From an uncultured Eubacteriales bacterium (GTDB lineage Bacteria; Bacillota; Clostridia; Christensenellales; CAG-1252): 61,740 nucleotides of DNA. A program made the position numbers and the translations under genes. This document shows positions 1-9,400 of the stretch, in pieces (position 1 is the first letter of the stretch; every line of letters begins with the position of its first letter). A model generated the notes under the pieces. The model saw only the letters and a list, made by a program, of their open reading frames with translations, had not been told where the DNA came from and ran no database searches. The stretch lies in the NCBI GenBank assembly GCA_902797685.1, contig CADBTQ010000071.1, forward strand, positions 1 through 61,740, given 5' to 3'.

Positions 1-85
1 GTCCCCAAGGTCCCCAAGGTTTGACCGGCGCTACCGGTCCCCAAGGTCCCCAAGGTTTGACCGGCGCTACCGGTCCCCAAGGTCC
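1..85 (+). repeat. 36-bp coding tandem repeat (ggtccccaaggtccccaaggtttgaccggcgctacc), about 2.3 copies visible
   Basis: Read directly from the sequence; encodes [12 protein letters not shown]. Confidence 0.9.
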
Positions 86-524
86 CGTTGGTCCTCAAGG
101 CGAGCCCGGCGAAAGTTACGTCGGGGACGCATTGTACGCCGAAAGCGGCGCGATCACCGTAGCGGACGGGGCGCAGATCACTTTGGCGCTTGTCACCGCG
201 ACCGAGGGGACGACCATCACCGTCACGGGCGGCGCCGTCACCCTTCCCGTGGGCACCTATCTCGTGACCTACGGCGGGGCGGGCAACTTGGGAGCGGACG
301 CCACCGAGGGAAGCAACCATCAACTTACCATCGCCTTGTACGCCAACGGCGTGGCGTTGGCAAATCAAACCTTGAACGACAACGCCAACGCGGTGTTGGT
401 GGGCAACGTGAGCAAAACCATCGTATATCAGACGACCGCCGCGACGACCTTGGCACTCTACAACCTGTCCGAGCACAGCGCCGAATTGGAACAAGCGTAT
501 TTGACCGTAATGCGCTTAGTCTAA
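1..524 (+). CDS. Collagen-like (Gly-X-Y) protein with BclA C-terminal-like beta domain, 5'-truncated by the window edge; possible spore surface protein
   Basis: Frame is open from base 3. [12 protein letters not shown] repeats are followed by a beta-rich domain ([12 protein letters not shown]...LALYN...AYLTVMRL) typical of BclA-type C-termini. Confidence 0.75.
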   Translation, partial: PQGPQGLTGATGPQGPQGLTGATGPQGPVGPQGEPGESYVGDALYAESGAITVADGAQITLALVTATEGTTITVTGGAVTLPVGTYLVTYGGAGNLGADATEGSNHQLTIALYANGVALANQTLNDNANAVLVGNVSKTIVYQTTAATTLALYNLSEHSAELEQAYLTVMRLV

Positions 525-534
525 AACACCTAAG

Positions 535-571
535 AAAAAAACGAGGGCGTTCTATCCGAACGCCCTTTTTT
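535..571. terminator. Bidirectional intrinsic terminator
   Basis: A-tract, agggcgttc-tatcc-gaacgccct, T-tract, between convergent genes. Confidence 0.8.
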
Positions 572-617
572 GTATGGTGTTGCACTTGATTTGACAAATC
601 ACCGCACGATAGCACGG

Positions 618-1265
618 TTATTTGTCAAACTCTCTGACGAGTTGGCTCCACACCTCTTTGGGATGGACAATCGTGATGACGATCCCCGTCAGGAGTTGGA
701 GACCCGCCACCGACAAAGCGGGGATATACATGACGTGGAACGCCCAACACAACAAGGGCAACACCGCGCCCAGCATACTTTGCGCCCACAAACTCACCAC
801 GAATTGCTTGGAGATATGGGGACGGACGACCGTGACGATCACGGACGCCAACCAAACCAACGCGTACAAAGCGGGCATCCCCCATACGAATATTTCGTTA
901 AAATCGAGCACCCAACCGCACACGCCCAACACCACGAGCATGGCGACCGACTGCGCCCACAATTTGTAATAGACGTTTTCGATGCCCAATATGCTATGGC
1001 GCAAACTGAAATACAGATACCACAGCCCCACCAAAAGGAGCAACCAATAGTGCACTTGTGGGGTGTACACCACGTTGAGCGTGACCAATACGACGCTCAA
1101 GGCGAGCGCCACGAACAAATACACCTTGGTAAACGGGACGATATACGTCCTCGCTTTGACCTTGCGAGGGGGATAAACGGGGGTTTGGGGAGATGCGGGC
1201 GCGCCGCACAGCGGACACACGCCCATCGAGCCTTCGATCTTGGTACCGCATACTTTACAGCGCAT
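618..1265 (-). CDS. Zinc-ribbon plus multi-TM membrane protein (DUF6320-like)
   Basis: N-terminal CxxC...CPLC, then about 6 hydrophobic segments; overlaps the end of the upstream acyltransferase gene. Confidence 0.65.
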   Translation of the reverse strand: MRCKVCGTKIEGSMGVCPLCGAPASPQTPVYPPRKVKARTYIVPFTKVYLFVALALSVVLVTLNVVYTPQVHYWLLLLVGLWYLYFSLRHSILGIENVYYKLWAQSVAMLVVLGVCGWVLDFNEIFVWGMPALYALVWLASVIVTVVRPHISKQFVVSLWAQSMLGAVLPLLCWAFHVMYIPALSVAGLQLLTGIVITIVHPKEVWSQLVREFDK

Positions 1266-2532
1266 GACCCACCTCCCTGTAGTTGGAGTTGACCGTCATA
1301 TCCAGTCCCAACTCCCGCATGATACGATAAAACTCCACGTCGATATCCTTTTGGACGATCTGTCTCGTCCACGTCACCGACAGCGTGTCCCCGTAGGTGA
1401 CCACCCCGATGTTTTGAGGAGTGCGACGGTTGACGTTGACGGCAAAACTCCAGTCCTCGAGGTGTTCCGTCACCTCTTTGGGCAGATCGACCTTGCCCAA
1501 ATTGCTGCAAATAAGGGTTTGTTTGGTCTCTTTCGCCAGCGAACGTCCCAGTTTGCTAAACATCATTTTGAGTCCCAAGGGCAGCCATTTGACGAGGGGA
1601 TTTTTGCTGAGCAGCGAGGTAAAAGACACGGTGGGTTGCAAACTGTCCACGTTGGACTGCGCCGTCAACTGCTGTTTGACTTGCTCCACGTAAGCTTCCA
1701 CCGAAAGGGGGGTATCTTGAGGGACGATCACCTTGAGCATACCCACGAAGTTGAGCATGGTGTTGCCCCCGAACAACTTGCGCAAGTCGATGGGAACGAA
1801 CACGATAGGCGGGTGCTTGGGCGTTACGCGGGCACGGGTACGCACGGCAGAAAGCAGCGCGACAGCCGCCAACAGTTGCCCCAAGGTACAATCCATCCGA
1901 TGAGCGACTTCCAACGCCTTGGCGACCTCGATCTTGCCTTGGGTGCAAGCCAACCCGTCCTTGACGAAATAGCAACCCGTGACCCTTGCGGCGTGCCCAC
2001 CCGCCGTCTTGCGCAAGCCGTCCCAAAAGGGCAACTTGCGATAGTGGGTGTCGTAAGCGTTTTCGGTCTCCCCGTCTTTGACGGGGAAAAGGGCGTCAAG
2101 GTCAAGTCCCTGCCCGTCCAAGGTAAGATATGCGCACAACAGATATCCGCAAAAGATCTTGGCGGCGGCGCCGTCGCCCAATCCGTGGAAAAAGGTAACG
2201 AACACCCCGTTGCCCCAATAACTCACTCGAATGGGATGGTAGCCGTTTTTGGCAAAATCGGTGCGGGCGAGCAACATGCCGTCGTCCTTCCACACCTTGA
2301 CGGGATAGGGGTTTTGGGCGAGATAATGGCGGAAAAAACCGCGCTCCACCGTGACGTTGTAATAGGGAAATCGTTGATACGCCATGGACAGGGCTTGGGT
2401 GAGTTTTTCTTCTTCGATCGCTCGATCCAAGCGAAAAGACAACCGATAGTTGCTTTGGTTGGATAACGTGCCTATGATGGGGTACAACATACCCGAATTG
2501 TCCATGCGGTACCAAGTGTTATTCATCCTCAA
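1255..2532 (-). CDS. Alcohol acetyltransferase / CoA-dependent acyltransferase (condensation-domain) family protein
   Basis: WYRMDNSG N-terminus, HxxxDG catalytic motif (FFHGLGDG), PIDLRK and SNLG motifs. Confidence 0.75.
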   Translation of the reverse strand: MRMNNTWYRMDNSGMLYPIIGTLSNQSNYRLSFRLDRAIEEEKLTQALSMAYQRFPYYNVTVERGFFRHYLAQNPYPVKVWKDDGMLLARTDFAKNGYHPIRVSYWGNGVFVTFFHGLGDGAAAKIFCGYLLCAYLTLDGQGLDLDALFPVKDGETENAYDTHYRKLPFWDGLRKTAGGHAARVTGCYFVKDGLACTQGKIEVAKALEVAHRMDCTLGQLLAAVALLSAVRTRARVTPKHPPIVFVPIDLRKLFGGNTMLNFVGMLKVIVPQDTPLSVEAYVEQVKQQLTAQSNVDSLQPTVSFTSLLSKNPLVKWLPLGLKMMFSKLGRSLAKETKQTLICSNLGKVDLPKEVTEHLEDWSFAVNVNRRTPQNIGVVTYGDTLSVTWTRQIVQKDIDVEFYRIMRELGLDMTVNSNYREVGHAL

Positions 2533-3322
2533 GCTCCAGCATCACCTTGTAGATCTCGTCCTTTTTGACCCCGCGCTCTTTGGCGACTTGTTTGACGGCT
2601 TCCTTTTTGTCCATGCCCATCTCCAAATACTTGATCAGATGCGCTTGGGGGGACAAGGTGGGCGCGTCCTCTTGAGGACGGGGCTCCACGATCAGCACGA
2701 ACTCCCCGTGGGTGTCGAAATCCACCGCGTGAGACGTCCTCGTCACGATGACTTGCTCGTGCAGTTTGGTGAGTTCCTTGACGACGGACAGGCGTCTGTC
2801 CCCCAACAAGTCGTACAACACGAGGAAGGTGTCTTCCACGTCGTGCGAGGCGCAATACAGTACCAAGGGCAAAGGGCTGTTGACGAAGGGGGTCAACTGA
2901 CTCTCCCTATCCTTGCGCTTGGGGGACAAAAAACCGATAAAGACGAAGCCTTTGTCGTAGCCGGCCAATGCGACCGCCGACGCCACGGCGGTGGGTCCGG
3001 GGACGACCGAGATCTCGATACCCGCTTGGCGGGCTTTGTCCACCAAAATGGCGCCGGGATCGGAGATCACGGGCATACCCGCGTCCGAGACGAGGGCGAC
3101 CAACAGCCCTTCCCGCAGTTTGGACACCAAATACTCGCTGCCCTCTTGTTCTTTGTGCTTGTAGTAGCTGACGAGGGGCTTTTTGATCCCCAACGATTGC
3201 AACAAAATACCCGTGCGACGGGTGTCCTCGCACGCCACCAGATCGACCGTGCTCAATACTTCGATAGCACGGCGGGTGATATCTCCCAAATTGCCAATGG
3301 GCGTACCCACCAAATACAGCAT
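2519..3322 (-). CDS. rsmI: 16S rRNA (cytidine1402-2'-O)-methyltransferase
   Basis: LYLVGTPIGNLGDIT, ACEDTR, LVSDAGMPVISDPG and KELTKLHE motifs. Confidence 0.95.
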   Translation of the reverse strand: MLYLVGTPIGNLGDITRRAIEVLSTVDLVACEDTRRTGILLQSLGIKKPLVSYYKHKEQEGSEYLVSKLREGLLVALVSDAGMPVISDPGAILVDKARQAGIEISVVPGPTAVASAVALAGYDKGFVFIGFLSPKRKDRESQLTPFVNSPLPLVLYCASHDVEDTFLVLYDLLGDRRLSVVKELTKLHEQVIVTRTSHAVDFDTHGEFVLIVEPRPQEDAPTLSPQAHLIKYLEMGMDKKEAVKQVAKERGVKKDEIYKVMLELEDE

Positions 3323-3324
3323 AT

Positions 3325-4077
3325 CTACTCCTTATCCGCCCGATACCACAGGCGTTGCAATTCTTCCCGAACGAACGACTTGACGACCATACCCGTTTTG
3401 CCCCCGCGTTTGCCCTCGATCAACACTACGTCCGAAGGGGCGCTCGCTAAGGGCGATACGACGTACAAAGTCTTGGGCTCGATCCCCTTATCGCGCAGTT
3501 GGTCAAGCACTTCCGCCAGTCTTTCGGCGCGGTGTATTACGTACAACCTGCCGCCATAGCGGAGCAAGCGGCTCGCAGAGTCGACCAACTCCGCCAAGGT
3601 AAGCTTGGTCTCGAAGCGGCTCATGGCGATCCCCTCGTCTTGGGGCATCTCCCCTATCCCCACGGGATAGTAGGGGGGATTGGCGACGACCACGTCAAAC
3701 GTGCCGAGGCAAGCGGGCGCTTCTTTGACGTCCCCATTCCACACCCGTATGCGATCGTGCAAGCCGTTGAGAAACACAGTGCGAGCGGCGCGATCGGCAA
3801 CTTGCGGATTGAGTTCCACCTCCACGATCTCTTCGGCGCGCGTTTTGGCTGCCATGATGACCGAGATCACCCCGCTGCCCGCGCACAGCTCGACCACACG
3901 CTCACGGGGGCGCGCTTTGGCAAAGTTGGCAAGCAAAGCCGCGTCCGACGAAAAGCAGTACTCCCCTCGCCGTTGCAACACTTTGAGAGAGTCGAATTGC
4001 AAGTCGTCCGACACTTCCCCCTCTCGGGGCTCGCCGTCCAAAGGACGCAACCATTTTGCCTCGTCTAAGTCCATCAT
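3325..4077 (-). CDS. tRNA1(Val) (adenine37-N6)-methyltransferase family (YabB/TrmN6-like)
   Basis: FSSDAALLA, SAM motif ELCAGSG, NPPY, HRAERL; adjacent to rsmI as in Bacillota. Start moved to ATG 4077 just downstream of a consensus promoter. Confidence 0.88.
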   Translation of the reverse strand: MMDLDEAKWLRPLDGEPREGEVSDDLQFDSLKVLQRRGEYCFSSDAALLANFAKARPRERVVELCAGSGVISVIMAAKTRAEEIVEVELNPQVADRAARTVFLNGLHDRIRVWNGDVKEAPACLGTFDVVVANPPYYPVGIGEMPQDEGIAMSRFETKLTLAELVDSASRLLRYGGRLYVIHRAERLAEVLDQLRDKGIEPKTLYVVSPLASAPSDVVLIEGKRGGKTGMVVKSFVREELQRLWYRADKE

Positions 4078-4083
4078 AGTAAG

Positions 4084-4112
4084 ATTATACCTTTTTGAAA
4101 AATGCTTGTCAA
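4084..4112 (-). promoter_or_regulatory. Sigma-A promoter, probably giving a leaderless mRNA
   Basis: Minus strand TTGACA-17 nt-TATAAT, 6 nt before ATG 4077, no SD sequence. Confidence 0.8.
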
Positions 4113-4205
4113 TGATTGTCGCCCGAAGCCAAAACACTATATATAGTATCTTCAAATGAAACGAGCGGCGTATTTGGTATATGTTGTATTTTACCAAGCG
4201 AAATC

Positions 4206-4235
4206 TTGACAAACGCCGACCATTTTTTTTATAAT
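4206..4235 (+). promoter_or_regulatory. Sigma-A promoter upstream of the long dnaD leader
   Basis: TTGACA (4206)-18 nt-TATAAT (4230). Confidence 0.7.
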
Positions 4236-4324
4236 GCAAAGTATCCGTAATCTCGCTCGAGGAAAAGGTCGGACACCAAAAGAGTCGCCCACTTCACACC
4301 GTTTGGGCGAGAACAAACGAGTAC

Positions 4325-4563
4325 CCGATCGACAAATAAGTTACTATTCGGATCGGTTGCACCCCCCATTTTACGTAGTTTAAGCGCGAAGTGGAGACAC
4401 ACCGACCGATCGACAAATAAGTTACTATTCGGATCGGTTGCACCACCCATTTTACGTAGTTTGGGCGTGAAGTGGAGAACCGCCGACCGAGAGACAAACG
4501 AATTAACGTTCGGATCGGTTGCACCACCCCCCCATTTTACGTAGTTTGGGCGTGAAGTGGAGA
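4325..4563. repeat. Three tandem ~81-bp imperfect repeats
   Basis: Units start at 4325, 4406 and 4487 (ccgatcgacaaataagttactattcggatcggttgcaccacccattttacgtagtttgggcgtgaagtggaga); the third copy is more diverged. Confidence 0.92.
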
Positions 4564-4671
4564 GGAGAGAGGGTGCGTCCAAGGGAGCGAGAGCGCGCCC
4601 AGTGTACTGGCGTACACGGCGCAAACGAGCGACTGCACGTCGCCCTATATCGCTCCAATCCACGCCCAAAC
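4544..4671. repeat. Dispersed long-hairpin repeat family A (ERIC/MITE-like), copy 1
   Basis: Core gagagggtgcg...gtgtact-ggc-gtacac...cgccctatatcgctc; 19-bp inverted arms (17/19 match) at 4544-4562 and 4653-4671. Confidence 0.75.
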
Positions 4672-4682
4672 AAGGAGAAGTT

Positions 4683-6290
4683 ATGCCACTCTGCACCTAC
4701 GCCCCCACCCACCAAGAAGGACTGACCACGGTAGACAACGCGTTTATCCGTCACTTTTTGCCCTATGCCCCCGAGGCGGCCGTCAAGGTCTACCTCTACG
4801 GGCTGTATCTTTGCGCCGACCCGATGTCGAGTGAAAACACCCTGCAAGGGGTGACCGAAGGGCTGGATCTGACGGCGGACGAGGTCAAGCAGGCGTTTGG
4901 CTATTGGCAAGAGCAGGGGATCGTGCGGGTGGTCTCGACCGAGCCGCTCGCCGTGCAATATCTCTCCCCTTCCCGCGCGTTTGCCCCCAACAAATTGCTC
5001 AAAAAGGATCGCTATCAGGACTTTATCGCCCAACTCAACGAGTTGTTTTGCGACAAGGTGCTGTCCAGCAACGAGATCTACCGCTATTTGGACTTTATCG
5101 AGGAGACGCATATCGATCCGCAGGCGCTACTGATGATCACCAAGTACTGCCTCGACTACAAAAAGCTCAACAACCCCACCTCTTACGTGTTGACGGTCGC
5201 CCGCGAATGGGTGGCGGAGGGCTGCACGACGGTGGACGCGACCGAAAAGCACATCGTGGAAGTGGAAGAAGGAGGCGAGAATCTCCGCGCCGTGTTCCGC
5301 GCTTTGCGCAAGAGTTCCGCTCCCGACATCGGGGATCACAACCTCTACATCAAGTGGACCAAGGGTTGGGGCTTTAGCCAAGACGCCATACTGCTTGCCG
5401 CCAAAGGGGTCAAAAGAGGCGGTATGGAGAGGCTTGACGCCACCCTGGACGCTTATTTCCGCGAGGGCGTATTCAGTCCCGCCGAGATCGAGGACTACAC
5501 CCGCCGTCATCAGGAGACGGTGGATCTGGCGTACAAAGTCAACAAAACGCTGGGCTTGTACTACGAATCGGTGGAACAGATCGTGGAGAGTTACACCGCG
5601 CCTTGGCTCAAATTGGGGTACACCCCCGACGCGGTGATACTGATCGCCAAATACTGTATGCTTCGCTCCGTTCGCACCCTTGCCGGCATGGACAACACCC
5701 TCAAAGGGCTGTATCGGGAAGGGATCATCGACGAAGAGGACGTCAAACGCTATTTGGACGCCTTTGCCCGCTCGGATCGAGCGATCGCAGGCATTTTGCA
5801 AGCGGCGGGGATCGGCAGACAAGTCAGCGAAGGAGACAGGGAATTGTACCGCACTTGGAGCGGCACTTGGGGCTTGGACGACAGCGTGATCTTGTACGCC
5901 GCGGGACTGAGCCAAGGTCGTCCCTACGCCTTATCGTCTATGGGCAACAAACTCGCCAAATGGAAGGGTTTGGGAGTGACGACCGTGGAAGGCGCGCGCA
6001 AAGCGGAAGAAAACGGCGCGCCCGCCACCTCTCCCGCAAGGCCCGCTAGGCAAGTACCCGCCCAAGCGGGCGAAGAGTTCCGCAAGGCGGAGATCCGCGG
6101 GGCGCTCGCGCAAGACGCGACCTACCGCAAATTGGACCAAGCGGTGCGTACCCTCAAACTCAAATTGGCGCATTACGAACTGACCGCCGAGCCGGTGCCT
6201 TTGACCGTACAAAAGGATTTGGAACAAGCGGAGCAAGCCGTCAAAGAGCGTATCGTCCAACTGGGCTACGACCCAGCCGAACTGGCTTAA
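4683..6290 (+). CDS. DnaB/DnaD-family replication initiation protein with multiple DnaD domains
   Basis: TTVDNAFIRHFLPYAPEAAVKVYLYGL N-terminus; repeated DnaD-type motifs (YVLTVAREWVAEGCTTV, LAKWKGLGVTTVE); SD aaggag at 4672 before ATG 4683. Confidence 0.85.
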   Translation: MPLCTYAPTHQEGLTTVDNAFIRHFLPYAPEAAVKVYLYGLYLCADPMSSENTLQGVTEGLDLTADEVKQAFGYWQEQGIVRVVSTEPLAVQYLSPSRAFAPNKLLKKDRYQDFIAQLNELFCDKVLSSNEIYRYLDFIEETHIDPQALLMITKYCLDYKKLNNPTSYVLTVAREWVAEGCTTVDATEKHIVEVEEGGENLRAVFRALRKSSAPDIGDHNLYIKWTKGWGFSQDAILLAAKGVKRGGMERLDATLDAYFREGVFSPAEIEDYTRRHQETVDLAYKVNKTLGLYYESVEQIVESYTAPWLKLGYTPDAVILIAKYCMLRSVRTLAGMDNTLKGLYREGIIDEEDVKRYLDAFARSDRAIAGILQAAGIGRQVSEGDRELYRTWSGTWGLDDSVILYAAGLSQGRPYALSSMGNKLAKWKGLGVTTVEGARKAEENGAPATSPARPARQVPAQAGEEFRKAEIRGALAQDATYRKLDQAVRTLKLKLAHYELTAEPVPLTVQKDLEQAEQAVKERIVQLGYDPAELA

Positions 6291-6313
6291 ACCCGCACCT
6301 TTTGCCACGTTGC

Positions 6314-6345
6314 ACGCCTTTATCTTGGGATAGAGGCGTTTTTTT
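6314..6345 (+). terminator. Intrinsic terminator
   Basis: acgcctttatc-ttgg-gatagaggcgt followed by a T-run. Confidence 0.7.
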
Positions 6346-6451
6346 GTAAAAAAATGGGAGCGAAAAACCGATATGCCTGTTGCTTTTTGCAGAGATTGTG
6401 TACTATAATAAGTTTATAATGCAGTATTCTGCGCACGTTTAGGAGGCAATC

Positions 6452-9400
6452 ATGTTGTCATTAGCGTTATCAGCCGTGTACATCTTCGTTCTGTACGCCG
6501 TGGTCGGCGCCCTTTTGGTCATTGGCGCAGCGTCCGTCGTCGGTACGGTCGTGGCGGTCAACAAAGCCAAAAAGCAAAAGCCCCAAGAGGAGCAAGCCAA
6601 GCAAGCTGCCGTCGCGCCCACTCAACCCAAAGCGGTAGAGCCCAAGAAAGAGGAGCAACCCGTCAAGGAAGAGGAGCCCCAAGAGGAGCAAGTCGAAGAA
6701 GCACCCGTCGAGGAAGCACAACCCGAGGTACAAGAACCCGTGGAAGAGCCCTTGCAAGAGGAAATGCAAGAGGAAGAAGGCGAGGAAGCGCCTATCGTTC
6801 CTCTCGGTTTGGCCGAAGAAGAGGAGCCGCAAGAGGAAGAGCCCCAAGACGGAGAGGATTATCATACCTTTATCCGCTACCTCAGGTCGTTTGAGTCGAG
6901 GATCAGACAATCCAACGACAAGACCAAAAACTACTACTCCATCCTCAAAAACACCCTGCTCTCTTACAAACGGGTACATGCTCGTTTGAGTTGGAAGAAA
7001 GAGTCCTTCCGTTTGGGACGCGAGCTCAAAGCGATGATGACCGTGCGCGGCAAGACTTTGTGCTTGTTCGTGGCGCTCGACCCCAACGAGTTTGATCAAA
7101 ACATCTATCATCAACGCGACTTTTCGGACAAAGCCACCTATCAGGAAGTGCCCATGATGCTTAGGGTCAAGTCGGATCTGGGATTGAGACGCGCCATCCG
7201 CATCATCGAGATCTTGATGGAGAGAGCGGGAGCCGTCGTCGATCCCAAAGCGGTCAGCGTGGATTACGTGCCCGCCTTCCCGTACGAAGACGATCCCACC
7301 CTATTGGAGATGGGTCTTATCCGTATCGTCGGCACCCGTCGTAAGGTCGTGATGCAAGAGGGCGAGACGAGAGAAGAAGCCATCGCGCGTATCCAAGAGG
7401 AACTATTGCAAAATGACGTGGAAGAGGACGAAGTGGACGTCGTCAGCGCCGAAGAACAAGCGGAAGAAGACGAGGAAGAGGGAGTGCAAGTCACCCTGTC
7501 TCCCGACGAGTTCCGCGACTTTATCGCGTACAGCCGTTCGTTCGACGCCAAATTGAGGCAAGCGAGCGACCTCACCAGAGATTTTTATAACGAGATCAAA
7601 AACAAACTCCTCTCCTATAAGCGCATCCACGACAGGATGAGTTGGAAGAGAGAGTCCTTCCGTTTGGGACGCGCTCTCAAAGCCGCTTTGACCGTGCGCG
7701 GCAAGACCTTGTGCTTGTTCGTGGCGCTCGATCCCAACGAATACGACCAAAATATCTACCATCAACGCGACTTTTCGGACAAGACGTCGTATAAAGACGT
7801 GCCCATGATGCTTAGGGTCAAGTCCCATTTGGGTCTCAAACGCGCCCTCCGCATCATCGAGATCTTGATGGAGAAGTCGGACGTTCAACTCGACTCCAAA
7901 GCCGAGAGGGTCGATTATCTGCCCGCTTTGCCTTACGAAGACGATCCCACCTTGCTCGAGATGGGTCTCATCAAAAAGGTCATTCGTCGCCGCCGTATCA
8001 CCGTACTCGAGGGCGAGACGTTGGAAGAGGCTGTCGAACGTACCCAACAGGAATTGTTCGCCAAGGACGTTGACGAGGTAGAGGAAGAGGAACTCGCCCA
8101 AGAGGAAGAGCAACCCGCCGAAGAAGAAACTCCCGAAGAGCCTATTCAAGAGGAAGCGGCGGAAGAAATCGCCGAAGAGCCTGTCCAAGAGGACACTCCC
8201 GCCAAAGAAGAAACGATCGAGGAGCCCGTCGAAGAAGAAACGATCGAAGAGCCCCAACAAGAAGTCGAGGAACAACCCGTGGAAGAACAAGCGGAAGAAG
8301 AGAGCGGGGATACGCTCGAGTCCGCTGTCGCTCCCCTCGGTATGACGGAAGAAGAACAACCCCAAGAAGAGGCGCAACCACAAGAAGAGGTTGAAGAACA
8401 GCCCGAAGAGGCGGAGCAATCGCAAGAGGGAACTCCCGCCGAAGAGGAGAAGGTCGAAGAACAACCCGTTGAGGAGACTCAACCCGAGGAAGAACAACCC
8501 GAGGAAGCGGAAGAGCCCAAGCAAGAAGAGGTCGAGGAACAACCCCAAGAAGAGGTTGAAGAAACGCCCGAGGAAACGGTAGAAGAAGCGCCCGTCGAGG
8601 AAGAATCGGTTGAGGAACGACCCCAAGAAGAGCCTATTCAAGAGGAAGAAGAGCAACCCGCCGAAGAGCCTGCCCAAGAAGAAGTCCCTGCCGAAGAGCC
8701 CACCAACGAAGACTTGGCGGACGAGTTGGACGTAGACGTCGAGCCCGTTCATGCGGAACAGGAACAACCCATTGAGGAAGAGCCCCAACAAGAAGAAGTC
8801 GAAGAACAACCCGAGGAAGAACAAGAATTGCCTGCTCAAGAAGAGCCTTCCAACGAGGAATTGCTCGACGAATTGGACGTGGACATCGAGCCCGCTAAGC
8901 CGCAAGAGCCCGCCGAGGAAGAACAAGTTGAGCAACAACCCGAAGAGCCTATTGAAGAGGAAGAGGCGCAACCCGAGGAAGAGAGCGAAGATACGCTCGA
9001 GTCCGCTGTCGCTCCCCTCGGTATGACGGAAGAGGCGCAACCCCAAGAAGAGGCGCAACCCGAAGAAGAACAACCCGAGGAAGAAAAGGTTGAAGAGCAA
9101 CCCGAGGAAGAAAAGGTTGAAGAACAAGCGGTAGAAGAAACGCCCGCCAAAGAGGAAAAGGCCGAAGAGCAACCCCAAGAGGAAGAGCAACCGCAAGAGG
9201 AGATCAAGGAAGAGCCTAAGCAAGAAAAGGCACCCGTGATCGGCGGTCAACCTCTCCCCCAAGGATTGTACGACGAAGTGCCCGAAGAGCGCAAGGAAGA
9301 GCCTCAAGAAGAACAACCCCAAGAGGAGCCCAAACAAGAGGAAGAGTCCCAAAAGGAAGAGTTGTCCGAGGACGAAAAAGCCCTGCAAGCTTTGATGGCG

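Noticed and set aside
4325-4563. Possible CRISPR array
   Set aside because: Units are contiguous near-copies with no unique spacers, and there are no cas genes in the window.
4229-4696. Minus-strand ORF with 27-aa repeats (HFTPKLRKMGGATDPNSNLFVDR)
   Set aside because: It follows from the 81-bp period being a multiple of 3. The third unit changes frame through a C-run indel, there is no SD, and the ORF overlaps the dnaD start and promoter.
6788-6815. APIVPLGL as a degenerate family B copy
   Set aside because: Only ctcggt and a loose peptide resemblance are shared; too weak to call.
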